A stretch of 64,000 bases of DNA from Parasitella parasitica NRRL 2501. Taxonomy: Eukaryota; Fungi; Mucoromycota. This document shows, piece after piece, positions 40,551 to 52,831 of the stretch. The translations under genes and the position numbers were made by a program. Numbering within the stretch: the stretch's first letter is position 1; each line of letters opens with the position of its first letter. The notes below the pieces were generated by a model. The model saw only the letters and a program-made list of their open reading frames with translations, was not told where the DNA came from and searched no databases. The DNA lies in NCBI GenBank assembly GCA_025201805.1, contig MU619239.1, positions 426,752 through 490,751 on the forward strand, read 5' to 3'.

Positions 40551-41235
40551 TGTAGATGGTCAAGGCACCGTTTACGATGAAGGCGGAAATGAAGCAATGG
40601 ACATTGACAAAGAATATGACCCTTTCAACACCAAAAGTTTAATGACATTAAGTAGACACAAATCATCGGGTCCTTACAATTTAGATCCTAGCAATGAGAA
40701 TCTCGACATTGTTATGCACGACTTGGAGGAAAAAATACGTCAGGAACGATCAACCAAAAAGTACAATGTCTATATTGACGATCAAAAGGCATTTGTATAC
40801 TTCAGAAAAATAAAGCTTTTGAGTGCAGCTGTGGCAGGTAGACGTGCTGGTATTGTTGAACGTACCGCTCAAACTTGGGCTAATAGACTGGACAATGATC
40901 CTAATTGGTATATATTTGAAAAGGAAACCAATAAGATCAACCGCCATAAGGCACAATTACGAGCAGAGCACAAGCATCGTTCATTAGAATTTTTTGATAA
41001 ATACCCTTAAGCTACAAGAAATGATGCCGTGGACAGTTTAACAGAAAAATTCGAAGGGCTAGATGTGAAAGGATCCTCTTTTGGTAGTTTTATACTGCAT
41101 AAGTGCAACTCGACTGTTTAAAACAGTTACTCGTCATCCAGCTGCAAGAAGTAGTGACGATAATTTGATTAAACGCTTAAAGTGGGAGCATGGAGTAAAA
41201 CGGATATTGACTTCTAAAGTAACTGTGTTTTCGTA
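40551..41235 (+). mobile_element. Tc1/IS630-like transposase remnant (HTH part, truncated before the DDE domain)
   Basis: DGQGTVYDEGGNEAMD..AGRRAGIVERTAQTW..LRAEHK..RHPAARS..TDIDF*SNCVF, with frameshifts and stops. Confidence 0.75.
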
Positions 41236-41890
41236 AAATCCAGATCAGAATCTTTCCACTCGAATCTCGTCTGTAGGTTTCCCACTGAGTTTCTGACTTC
41301 AGGCTCACACATTGGTTTTTTCACAGGGATGAGCATTGTGTTTCGTAAATGGCTAATAAGTTGCCACTTTGATATAGTAAAGTCTTCAAATCGTTCAGTC
41401 AAACTATTTATTATATCGTCTGAATATAACTGGGGGTCATTATCAAGTAGCTCTTTTATGTACTCGTTATGCTCGATTGTAAATGAGCTTTTCGGACCAC
41501 TGTTTTCTCAGACTTTTTATACGCAACCTCTTCTGCCTCTTTGTAATAATTCTACCATATTAATGCAGTGCGGTAATTAATATTCAAGTCTCTTGCAACC
41601 TTGGCCACAAATCCACGCTCTTGAGGATTTTCGAGCATACGGTCTATAAATGTTTCTCTGGTGAAGTCGCTGTAATTGTTGTATAACCTCACTGGTGGCT
41701 TCAACTTACTAGTTTTCTACTGCTTTCTAACTAAGGATTCTTCAGCAATATTTCCGGAGCGCTTAACGCTCAAGTTTGTTAACCAGTTATTGTTTTATGT
41801 GTTAACACATACTCCATCGGATCGTAAACTTTTTCTCCTTCATTAAAAAATTTTCATGTCCATCTTCATAGAAAAAAGGTATTCATCATT
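41225..41890 (-). mobile_element. Second, convergent Tc1/IS630-like transposase remnant
   Basis: FFYEDG..YDPMEY..RETFIDRMLENPQERGFVAKVARDL..LTERFEDFTISK..RNS..RFEWKDSDLDFTK. Confidence 0.75.
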
Positions 41891-42283
41891 ATGTTATAGT
41901 TTTATTAGGAAGAGAAAGGGACAAACACAGGTGCAGAAGATATGCGACAATTAGGCGCAATCTTCCTGCCAATTTTACCGTAGTTCTAGCCAAAGTGACA
42001 AAGACTATTTAAACCTATGACATTTATTTTTGTCTTTCCGCCATTTGCTCTTGAGAAAACGTCAAATTCCATAGGCTTGACTGTAATTTCACACAATAAA
42101 AAGGGATGCATTTTGTTTGTTTATTTGTTAAATGTTAGATACAGATGAAAGTTTTTTTTTTTTTTTTTTTTTTGGTATCATCGAAACAAGAAAAAGTTGG
42201 AATAAAATAAAGAATTGAAGATAAGAACTGAATACATAGTGGGTATAATCTCTATCTCTTTTTTTTTTGTCGCTAATCATAGT

Positions 42284-43099
42284 TCATTCTGGTGTATAAG
42301 GCGGGATGGGTAAGTGAAGATCAAGGACTCGTGAAAGCGTCTTTTTCAAGTCATTTGGAGAGACTGGTTTACCAATACATCCGTTCTATAAAAGTTTAAT
42401 AAATATACTAAATGCGTTATTGAATGTACTCACCATGCCAATTTCTCTATATTTTGCTCTCCATGTGCTTGAATCGTTTGTTGTTACAGCCACAATAGGA
42501 ACTTTGCGATTTCTTGGCAAAATATCAAATTCTGCCAATGAGCGAATATGTCTTGTTGTTTCAATACCATTCAGAATTGGCATGTCGATGTCCATGAGGA
42601 TAAGATCAAATGGTCTACATTTCAATGCTTCCAAGGCCTTGACACCGTTTTTCACCAACTCCATGTGCTCAATTGAAACTGACATGTGTATGTTTAGCAA
42701 TCTCGATAAGATTTGAAGATTAATGGTATTATCGTCGACCAACAGTACATGTAGTCTTGGTGAGTGTGCTGCGTGTGGTGGATTGCTGAATCTTCTTTTG
42801 AATGATTTTGATGACGACGGCAATGACAATGATGGAAAAACAGACAATTGCTGATGCGGTGTCGTTGGAGGAGAAGGCAGTGAAGTTGATAGCAACAGGT
42901 TTGGTGGATTTCCATCAGCAAATAATGAAGCCGAATAGCGAACACATGTTGGTTTTGAAGGTGATTTGCCGCTATCGTGTATGAAAAGAGTTGGCGCAGC
43001 AGATGGTGAAGAGGATGATTCACTGGAGGGCGAATTATCATTGAAATCTTTTCTACGTGAAATAGATTTTCTTTTGCTCTTGTAAGCGAAATAGTCCAT
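42284..43099 (-). CDS. Stand-alone CheY-like response regulator with Ser/Pro-rich N-terminus
   Basis: VLLVDDN, DLILMDIDMPILNG (phospho-Asp), IVAVTT, GM|NGCIGKP after one intron. Confidence 0.88.
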
Positions 43100-43597
43100 T
43101 TTTTAACGATAGAGAGTAGAAAGAAAGACAGTTGAACAAAGGCACTATCAATTATTGAATATCTTATTAACTCTTTCTTTTTCGAACTGCTCCGACAGAA
43201 CCACACAAGTGGCATAAATCTTGCTCGACGGAACATCCCCAAAACAGAACATGGGACCTCACCGTGCTGTGCTGTGGCAGTGGGGAGAACAACGCGGTTA
43301 TTCAATCACCCAACAATTCTATATAATTACCTTTTATGTTTTTGGAACCAATCCAAACAATCTTATATCTTTATTTAGACGGTTAATGCAAAAGGAAGGG
43401 GGCTGAAAAGAGAGAGAACCCAATCTTCGTTTGTCTAAATTTTCCGCCACTTTCTTTAAGCTGATTAATCCTTTGTCAGTTACGCAATCTCGGTATACGT
43501 ATTTGGGGGGTTTTTTTTTTATTCTGAAATCACTGCTATAAATTGTTTTGGTCTGCTTTTTTCTTGCACCTCTTTTTAGATAATATTCAACACAATT

Positions 43598-45726
43598 ATG
43601 GATACACCCGCAGAAGATTATTCCAAGATTCGATGGAGCTCTCATTATACCGTGGAAAATGCACCAGTGGAATTTAACTATGGCGATAAAGCTGTATTAC
43701 CCCCATCTGCTCTAGAACAATTGCTTGCACAAATAGGCATTTCTGGTACATTGCCATCACCCTTGACATTTGAATTACGCCACCCTCATTCAGGAGCAAC
43801 TATTCACTGTGGTGTCAAAGAGTTCAGTTCGGAAAGTAGCACAATACAACTCCCAAATTGGATCAGAGAGTCTCTTGGCCTCAGTCAGGGAGATCATGTC
43901 TTGATAAAATTATCACCATTGCCAAAAGGAACGTTTGCTCGGCTAAAGCCTACATCACAAGACTATAGAGATATTACTGATTATCGAGCTGCGTTAGAAG
44001 CGCATCTACGGGTGCACTACAACACGTTGACAAATGGGCAAACACTTTCTTGTAGATATGGTGGTCGTGTTTATGATTTCCAAGTCATGGAGCTGAAGCC
44101 CCAGGATGCAGTATCTATTACAGATACAGATCTCGAGGTTGAAATGGATCCCATCACTAGCATTTCGACCAAATCCAACATAGCGACTACAATTATTCAA
44201 TTGAATCAGGTTGTAGCAGGGACTATTATAGCAGCAGGCCATTATCAATATTGGAAGTTAGAGCTAGATAAGTCATCCCAGGTGTCATTAAATATAAAGG
44301 TTGAGGGTGGAGATGCAGGTAAGAAAGCTATCAAGTCAGGAAATCTTATATTTAAGGGGACTAATCCATTATACAGATGTCGTGATCAGCAGCACAGATA
44401 AATCACCGACATTGGACAATCACGAATGGTCTGATTTATCAAGCGAAGTGGAACGAACAATTAATATCAAAGATGTCACAGCAAATGCATTCATCGTTGG
44501 TATCCATGGATACAGGGATGCGGTAGTAACATGGGAAGCAACGAGTCAAATTAAGGACGGCGTGGACATGACAACCAAAGACGAACAAGCGTCGGACACA
44601 ACCGGAAAAGTGCAGTGCAAAAACTGTCATGCATGGATCGCTGAAAGAACCCTGATGTTGCATGAAGGATTTTGCTATCGAAATAACGTAGTTTGTGAAT
44701 GGGGTTGTGGGAAAATATTCAAAAAAGATAGTCGAGAACTACAAGAGCATTGGCATTGCAACCAATGCGATGCTACCGGAAACGATCAATACGGACAGGA
44801 CAAACACATGGCATATTGTCATACTCCAAAAATATGTGTTTGTGCGAATTTTACCGCACAATCTTTTGAGGCATTAGCGGAACATCGTCGCACAATCTGT
44901 GCTGAGAAACTGATTATTTGTAGATATTGTCATGTAAGCACATCTTGACCAACAATCCAATACTATAGTTGTTAATCCCTTCTATGCGTAGACGTTGGTG
45001 GCGCAAGGAGATGTGTCTTTAGATCCAAGAGATAGACTTTTGGGATTACACTCTCATGAGAGTTATTGCGGATCCCGAACGATTACTTGTCAAAAGTGCA
45101 ACAAACCCGTTTCGATCAAGGATATTACCGTGCATGCCAAAATACACGACGTCAAGCGTCAGCAACAGATATTACCGCCTACATGTTGCAACCGGAATTG
45201 CATCCGCCCCAAGCAAAAAAATCGCCTGGCGTTATGTCAGTACTGTTTTGGTCCGTTCTGGATCACAGAAGATGATCCCAAAAATGTTAAACTAATTCAG
45301 AGAGTTGCCCGTAAAATCCATTCTCAATTAACAGTAGGATGCGGGAATCGATGGTGCAGAAATAAGGTGAGAGCGGATTACTACATTGATTTATACAGAT
45401 TACTAAATATGTGTATTATGGAACAGTACTGCGCAACGAGTACAAATGATCCAAAAGATGCTACAACCGCTGCAAGTGTATTAATTCCAATGATTAAAAA
45501 TTTGCCAAAAGAATTAAGCTCATTAAACCCGAATCCTGAGCTATATTTCTGTGTCGATGAATCAGTAACAAGAAAGATGTTTTTAGCAGAGTTGCTGGTC
45601 AATCAAGTGGACGGAAAGTACGATTTGGGTTGGTGTGTTGTGGCCCTAGAAAATAACCACGAAGATTTAGACAAGGCTCAGCAGTGGTTAGATGGAAATG
45701 CGCCTAGAAAAAATGTGAGATACTAA
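43598..45726 (+). CDS. UFD1(UT3)-domain protein with TRAF-type Zn fingers, AZUL-like and UBA-like C-terminus
   Basis: GDKAVLPPSALEQL..HCGVKEF..YNTLT..ITDTDLEVE; CxxC..HE..C repeats; SQLTVGCGNRWCRNK|YCAT; WCVVALE..DLDKAQQWL. Confidence 0.85.
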
Positions 45727-46553
45727 ATAGATTCAAAAAAAGTAAACAAATCATTATACGTGTATGACCCGAATCGCTCCTCCCCTTATATAATAATTTT
45801 TATGTTTGTTAATTGTAATTGCAAATCAATGCCTTGCTTGTATATTAGGATGGCAAATATACTCACATTACTTTATTACTATATTTGTAGTCATCACCAT
45901 TGATTAGCCAAAAGTTTATCAAACCCAAAATGGTGCCAGAAAAAAGAATTTATTGTTCATTATTAAATTCAGCATCTCCTAAAGTTTAAGCGTTATTTTT
46001 TTTTTTTTGTTTGTTATATCACATTACTTTAAATTAGTTTAGGAAAAAATTCATTAAAGCAAGAAATTTCGGGCAACCGTGCGATCATATTAAACGCTCA
46101 GTATCTAGAAACACAAGGATTTAATTAATAAAAAACAAAACTTTGCGTGTTTTGGTTTTCTTTAGTTAGGAATCCTGTAACAAAGTTTCAAACATTAAAA
46201 AAAAACGTGCCTGGCTCATCAATGCATTCTGATTATGACTGTTACACACACGCATGGCTGTTGACACCTTATTATGCTCCTTTAGTTCCTGTTCCTGACT
46301 CGCTCGGATCACTTTTGACTCCTTTCAAAACAAAAGAATTTGTGGTATAGTCTGAACAGTCGTCAATCAATACTTTTTCCTGCTTGATCCAGATGTAACC
46401 TAACGTTATGAAGTAATTTACGTCCCTTGGTTGATAAAAAATGTGCAAATATAAAAAAGAGGAAAACTGCAATGTATTCTTTTTATTCCATCAATTTAGT
46501 TGTTAGCAAACCATATCTTTCTATAAGTAGCTTTCAATTATCTGTTATTATAC

Positions 46554-47565
46554 ATGAAATCAGCAGCATTAGCATATGTCACTTCCCTCGCTTTAGGTGC
46601 CTGTTTCTCTATTGCTTATTCTCAGCCGATTCATAATACAGATTTGGCCAATATTAATAAATCTACTCAAGCTGTCAAGACTCTTGCTTTCGAAAAAATA
46701 TCTACAAAGCACCATCCACCAAGAAACAAAGAGAAACGCTCTATTGCCCGCAAGAACATTTCAAAAAACTTAAACAAGCGTGGCTCAAAGCATTCTAGCA
46801 AGAAATCAAGCAAGCATTCATCCAAAAAGTCCAAAAAGTCATCTTCTAAAAAATCTTCAACAAAGAAATCCTCTACCAAAAAATCAAGCAAAGTGTCAAC
46901 AAAGTCTATTAAGAGTTGTTATAAAAGAGCGGCATTTACTCAGTACTGGATCCCTAAAGAAGGCGATAAAGACATGTTGAACGACGGCAAAACTGTAACA
47001 TTATCAGGTAGCAAGAGCAAAGCCCTGAAATCTGATTCTGGATCGACTATTGCTAAAGTGGCTGAAAACACCTTTGATGTATGCATACCATAATTTGAGA
47101 AAAAAGGCAATTATTAATCACTATGAATCTATCCAGAAATTCCAAATGGAAGGTACTGGTTTACTTAAAAACGGTGTCATGGTCAATTTAGGTGATAGCG
47201 ATAAAACCTTCCAAAAAGTTGATCGTTCCAAAGCACCTTATGGTCTCGGCAGTGATGATGACATCCACTTAACTCCCTGGGTTAGTGTAGCTGCCAATGA
47301 TCTTAAAATCGGTACAAGACTTTATGTCAAAGAATTAGATGGTGTCAAGCTGCCTGATGGCAAGACTCATAATGGTTGCGTTCGTGTAGATGATGAAGGC
47401 TGGAGCTTCAGTGGTTGTCAACTCGATTTCTTTGTACTCCAATTCACTGCTTACCAGAAGCTGGATGACATGTTACCCGAGAAGGTAACTGTCTCTTCTC
47501 AAAACTGTGAAATTTTGGATTATGTTACTGATTCCGTCAAAAAGTGGGCGGTTATCAACAAATAA
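46554..47565 (+). CDS. Secreted protein with Lys/Ser-rich linker and 3D (MltA-like double-psi beta-barrel) domain
   Basis: Signal peptide, KR sites, FTQYW, VSVAAND..GTRLYVKELDG..GCVRVDDEG..QLDFFV; one intron at ~47080-47136. Confidence 0.75.
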
Positions 47566-48439
47566 GCCTCTTTATCATCAACAAAACATTCATGTCATTT
47601 CCATTTTGTATTATACACCTTTTGTCTCAGTATCATATCTTTTGTATACACACACTTTCATATATATACAGCTTATTTTATTACTCTGGTAGAAATAATA
47701 AAGCAAAACACTGATCATCAAGACTTGAGCTTATTATCGAAATGTCTGCAAATTATCACAGATTAAGTCTAATGCAAGTACGCAAATCTGAGTAGTACAG
47801 GGTACCATAAATTGGGTGTTTATGTATTTCATGGGAACAGGATTTAATTATTTGCACAACTGAAGATCAATTTTTAATGCGTACCGTGTTAGGGTAAGTA
47901 ATGCATATGATTAGCATTGACATTCAACATATGAATTCATTTGTTCTGCGAGTGGCGCTATATAATTCAGCGATTGTGTGCAAACTTAAAATAATTAGTT
48001 GCAACCCAAAGGCATCGAATATTTGATAGAATTTTTTCATTCTTCTTCTGTGTTAGTCGTTTTCCTTGTTTTTCACATGCATGAGCATAACTGTCAATAA
48101 CAGCGTTCAACATCACTTATAATAGTTGTTCAGATTAAATATTTTTGGGGATCCTCTTATTAAGTTGAATAATCTATAGGCTTCAAGCGAGTGTTTTAAT
48201 CACCGAGTTACATAGTTCCATGTACAATACAAAATTATCTAGCATGGACAGCACAGTAATAACTTGTACGGTTCACACCCTATCAGTTAATGATCATTCT
48301 CAATATTTAAATTTTCGTTAAAGTTACAGCTGAAATTTATTCCAACATCGTTAAATTCGTTCACATCTTCTATTTACAAATGCATATGGTTTAAACAGGA
48401 CTATATTATCAGATAGATCTCCAAATTGACGACATGTGA

Positions 48440-48760
48440 AACTGACTAAATTACTAAAATACTTGCCATGGATGCATTGCACAACAATATCTTGATTTGC
48501 AACAAAGCCTCCTTTGTCAATAATTTTCGGTATTTCATTGCCTCACTGATTATTGAATGGGGGGTAGACCAATAGACAGAGAGTTCGGTTCTAAAATTAA
48601 ATCTGATCGACAACCGTCAGACCATTCGCTGTCTGCAACATTATAATGATCTGTATCATTGACCAGAGCCGCAGAAATGATCTTGATAACGGATGAGTTT
48701 CTTGAAACACCTTTTGCCAGTAAGTTAGAGTCCAGGCGCAAAAAGGGGAGAGGTCGCATT
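48440..48760 (-). pseudogene. Remnant of a repeat-type gene with a PD-(D/E)XK-like motif
   Basis: YNVADSEWSDGCRSDLILEP..GLPPI, then disrupted; resembles multicopy Mucorales TE-associated ORFs (from memory). Confidence 0.4.
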
Positions 48761-49223
48761 TCTAAGAAAAGGTTGATAAACACAAATTCAGTTGCATAAT
48801 TTGTCAACTTTGTCAACTGCAAAAGTTGAAAAGTTGTTATATACGTCCTCTATATTTTAGCGTTATTAAATCAAGATAAAGATTCCTATATATTTTGTCA
48901 ATAAATCAATATCTAATTTTATTACATTTCAGATTATGTTATATTTGAGCTTAAAGTTTAGCAGAGCTTTGGTGATGATATTCCTTTATTTGCAATATAA
49001 TAGATAATCTCGCTAAAAAACCTCAGAACACTGATTAATCATGATGTGAATATTGTCAATACAAAAATGTCTTCGCATGATTTTTTAACCCATTGGTTTG
49101 ATGTGGAACCAATTTTAGTATTTGAAATACCAATTAATGGTCTATAAACCTGAAATGCTTGACTAACTTTGGATGAGATGATAGTACGATGAGTTTATAT
49201 AAATATAATACACTATTGAATGA

Positions 49224-52200
49224 TTATAATTTGAGTTCCACCAGGATCTTACTACACATATTTTTGTACTGCCATGGATCGCCACTGACTCTTCTAAACT
49301 GAAGGCCATGCATCCCAAGTAACCAAGGCACCTTGACGATATAAATTTCGAATCGAACAACAAGATCGGGTAAGGGAACAATGGGTGTATTTGACATTAC
49401 AGGAGCAGCAGCTGTTGCCATTACTGCATGATCTTCTGAAGAGAATGACCTATGTTCAGCAGTGGGTTGTGTTTGATCCTCAAAACTGCTACTGTTGTTG
49501 TTGTTGTTGTCCACTACTCTGTTCAAATCGATACTTGGCATATGAACGCATTCAAATCTACCTTTGCTCTCTCTCCACTTGACTCCAATCCGTTCAAGTA
49601 CACGAATGAGATCAGCGCGAATAACTGAGGGGTGCTTTGTGGATGTTGTTGTGACAGAAAATAACCCTTTAAGAAATACCGGCTTAATGTTTTCATCGGC
49701 TGTTCCTTTTTGCGTTGTCTTTTTATGAGCAGATGATGGAAACTCTTGCTCATGATCATGCTGTGGTTGGCGATGAGGATTGTCGTCATTAGTATCACGA
49801 CGTGTCAATCCTAAATCGCTACTTTCGCTAGGTGCGGCTACATCTGGTGGTAGTTCAGATACTGGGCCTTTAGCAGAAGCAAGTCGACCTTCATTAAGTG
49901 AAAGCAGTTGTTGTTGTTGTTGTTGTGAGTGACGCTTATTAGCGATAGGTTGATGATTTCCTACCAAGTTCAAAAAGTTGGTGTGGTTTTCAGCATTCGT
50001 TGAACTTTGACCCAACGTCATTCTTCTAGGTATCATTTTGCTGAGTTTATTCGAAAACGTGTTCGACGAGGTATTGCTACTTGCAGCAGATGCAGCAGCA
50101 GCAGCAGCAGTGGCCATATCAAGCTTGTCTTGGTCAATACCGCCTGCATTGTCAGGATGATGAGGTGTGAACAAAGAATTGGGAAACTTGGACGAAGGAG
50201 CCGTAGCATAGGATTTCGATAAATGGCCAGCTGTTGAATCTCGACAAGTTTTTATGGGTGTCGACGTTGAGGTTGATATTGACGAGACTGCAGCTGGTTG
50301 GCCGCCATGCATGCTTGCTTTTCTCAATCGTTGAGGGGATTCGGCTTTGTCAGTAGACCTTCTTGATAAAGCATGGCTTAACCGACGGAGCACTTTGTTA
50401 TTGTTACTTGATTCATGGCTAGTTGTCCGATTCAGGTTGTGTACTTCCTCATCACCGGAAGAGTGATTCGATGGAAAAGAACGACGATCTTGGTGTCCAT
50501 TCGATGATTTTGAAAATAATCGGCCAAGGCTATTCTCAATTAAATGCAGCTTGTCATTGTCAATAATATGGCCTTCCTCGTCAACTTTGATTTGTGTTTT
50601 GCCGTTTTTATCATAAGTTACGCCAGTTGACACTGCTGCTAGACTAAACGTATCCGGATCGCCGAATAACGTTTGCTCGAATGGCACGCTTGCAGTGGGG
50701 TGCACTGTTTCGGGTAAAGATATATCTGGTATGCGCAACGATGTCTTGCTAGCAGTTAAAGTCGACTTTGGTGAAATATCTTGTTGCATTTCCAAAGCAT
50801 ATGTTTCGGCTGTTGCATTCAATGCGATCCGCTTCTCTCGTTCCTTGCGTTCTTTGACCAAATAGTAAATTGAAATTAACGGATGGTATGCAGCTGGTAT
50901 AGACTGTGGGTCATCGTTTGATAGAACAAATGTTTTCTTATTGAGATGCGGCGAAAACCGTGATGACAAGTATCCATGGTGATGGTCTCGATGCACCTCA
51001 GTTGCTCGTTCTACCAATGTTCTTGCGGCTTTCTGGTATTCCTCAGAAGTAATAATTTCTTCCAGTTTACCTCTAATTTCAGCCTCTGTTCCAAATTCAA
51101 ACCCTGTCATTCCACGAACAACTTCCATATCGATAGGCAGGCTTAGAGGTATTCGATCTGGTATATAATTGTCAACAGGGCCGTCATAACCTTTAATGAT
51201 CCAGGGGTGGATCATGATCTCTGACACTGTTGCACGATGAGTAGGGCTTGTAACTAGCATCCTAGACAGCAGGCTTTTACAATCTTGTATGCATGTGCAT
51301 TAGAATAAAATACACGTTTGTTTTAACCCAACTTACCGGTGCTCAAATGGGAAGGGTAATCGACAACACCTCTCTTGATCTTTTCGTGAAGAGCGGGCAT
51401 ATTTTGGTCATCGAACGGGACCTTTCCGCATACAAGCACATACAGTACAACACCAAAGCTCCAGACGTCTACTTCGGGGCCTGTGTACGCCTTTGCATTT
51501 AATAATTCTGGTGCAGCAAAGTACAATGAGCCACAAAATGTGCTTAGCGAGGACCGTGGCGAAAACAAATTGGATAAGCCGAAATCTATGATTTTGATGT
51601 TGCCTGCTTGAGATATAAGGATGTTTTCAATCTTCAAATCTCGATGCACGATTGAGTTTCTGTGGCAGTAATCTAATGCGCTCAAAATTTGACGTCCAAA
51701 TCTCCTTGCTTGTTTTTCCTTTAATTTTCCATGCGAAATGATATAGTCCAACAGCTGGCCTCCATTGACGTATTCCATAAACAAATAGTAGTACGGGTCC
51801 AAAATCATCATCTCTTTCAAACTAACAATAAATGGATGGTGAAGCAACAGCATGATACTTGCTTCTCTAATTGTGCGAATTTCACGATTTTCGTCCTTGT
51901 CCTTCCTTTTGGATCTTTGCTGTTTGTCTTTATGGTGGGCTCTTTGCGGCACAATTTTTACTGCGAGCTACGAGTAACAATAAAATGAATAAGAGTATCT
52001 TGATACCATGCCAACATACTTTGTCTCCAGTTATGTTATGAATTGCTAGTCGAACTTTGCCCATTGATCCAGAGCCCAGTGTATTTATCAGTGTATAATT
52101 TCCAATAATTCTTCTAGGCTTGGCACGCTCAGATGATAGCGAGCGTTTCAAAGTACTGGCAGCTGCCAGTCTCTTTTCTGCTTCTCTCGATATTTGTGGC

Positions 52201-52433
52201 GTCAATGTGTGGAGTGATATGCTGCTGTATTCGTCTGGGCCTGCATACGCAGGTAATTCTGATGGTATGGGCGAATCACATAATATCTTGTTTCCATTGG
52301 GCCCTTGGACAAGCCTTTCACGTTGGGTGTCTATCGTTGTAGTAGTCCAATCTCCTATAAATGATGTTGGTCTTTCATTTACATCATCGGATTTTTCACT
52401 TGTAGAATGTACACTACAATGAGGAGAGGCCAT
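49224..52433 (-). CDS. KIN1: Kin1/Kin2 (MARK/PAR-1) Ser/Thr kinase with KA1 domain
   Basis: [35 protein letters not shown]; [12 protein letters not shown]; [15 protein letters not shown]; [34 protein letters not shown]. Confidence 0.95.
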
Positions 52434-52831
52434 TGTATAAAAAGGAATATAGCAAGAGAGAAAAAATAAAGAAAGAAAGAAAGAAAGCCAACCATTATGC
52501 CATAATAAACCTTGTTTTAACGAGGGAGGAAATTCAATTTCTGTGTGTGAGTGTCGCCATGTAAGCATGATACAACTCGCCTCGGTGGAATCATGTGCTG
52601 TTTCTCTGTGAAGCAATTCGGATGTTTTCAGGGCTTATTGCATGTCCAATTTTACATGTGTTTTTTTTTTTTTTTTTTTATTACTTTTTTCATGCGTTTT
52701 GAATGTGTCTAGTGTTTTACATCGGGCTTATTTCGGGTGCGTTAATGTAACGATAATTCTGCTCTGCTGTGTAACATGGTAGCGGGTATCCGCCAACTTT
52801 ATTATTATTTCCATGATATATATACTAAAGA

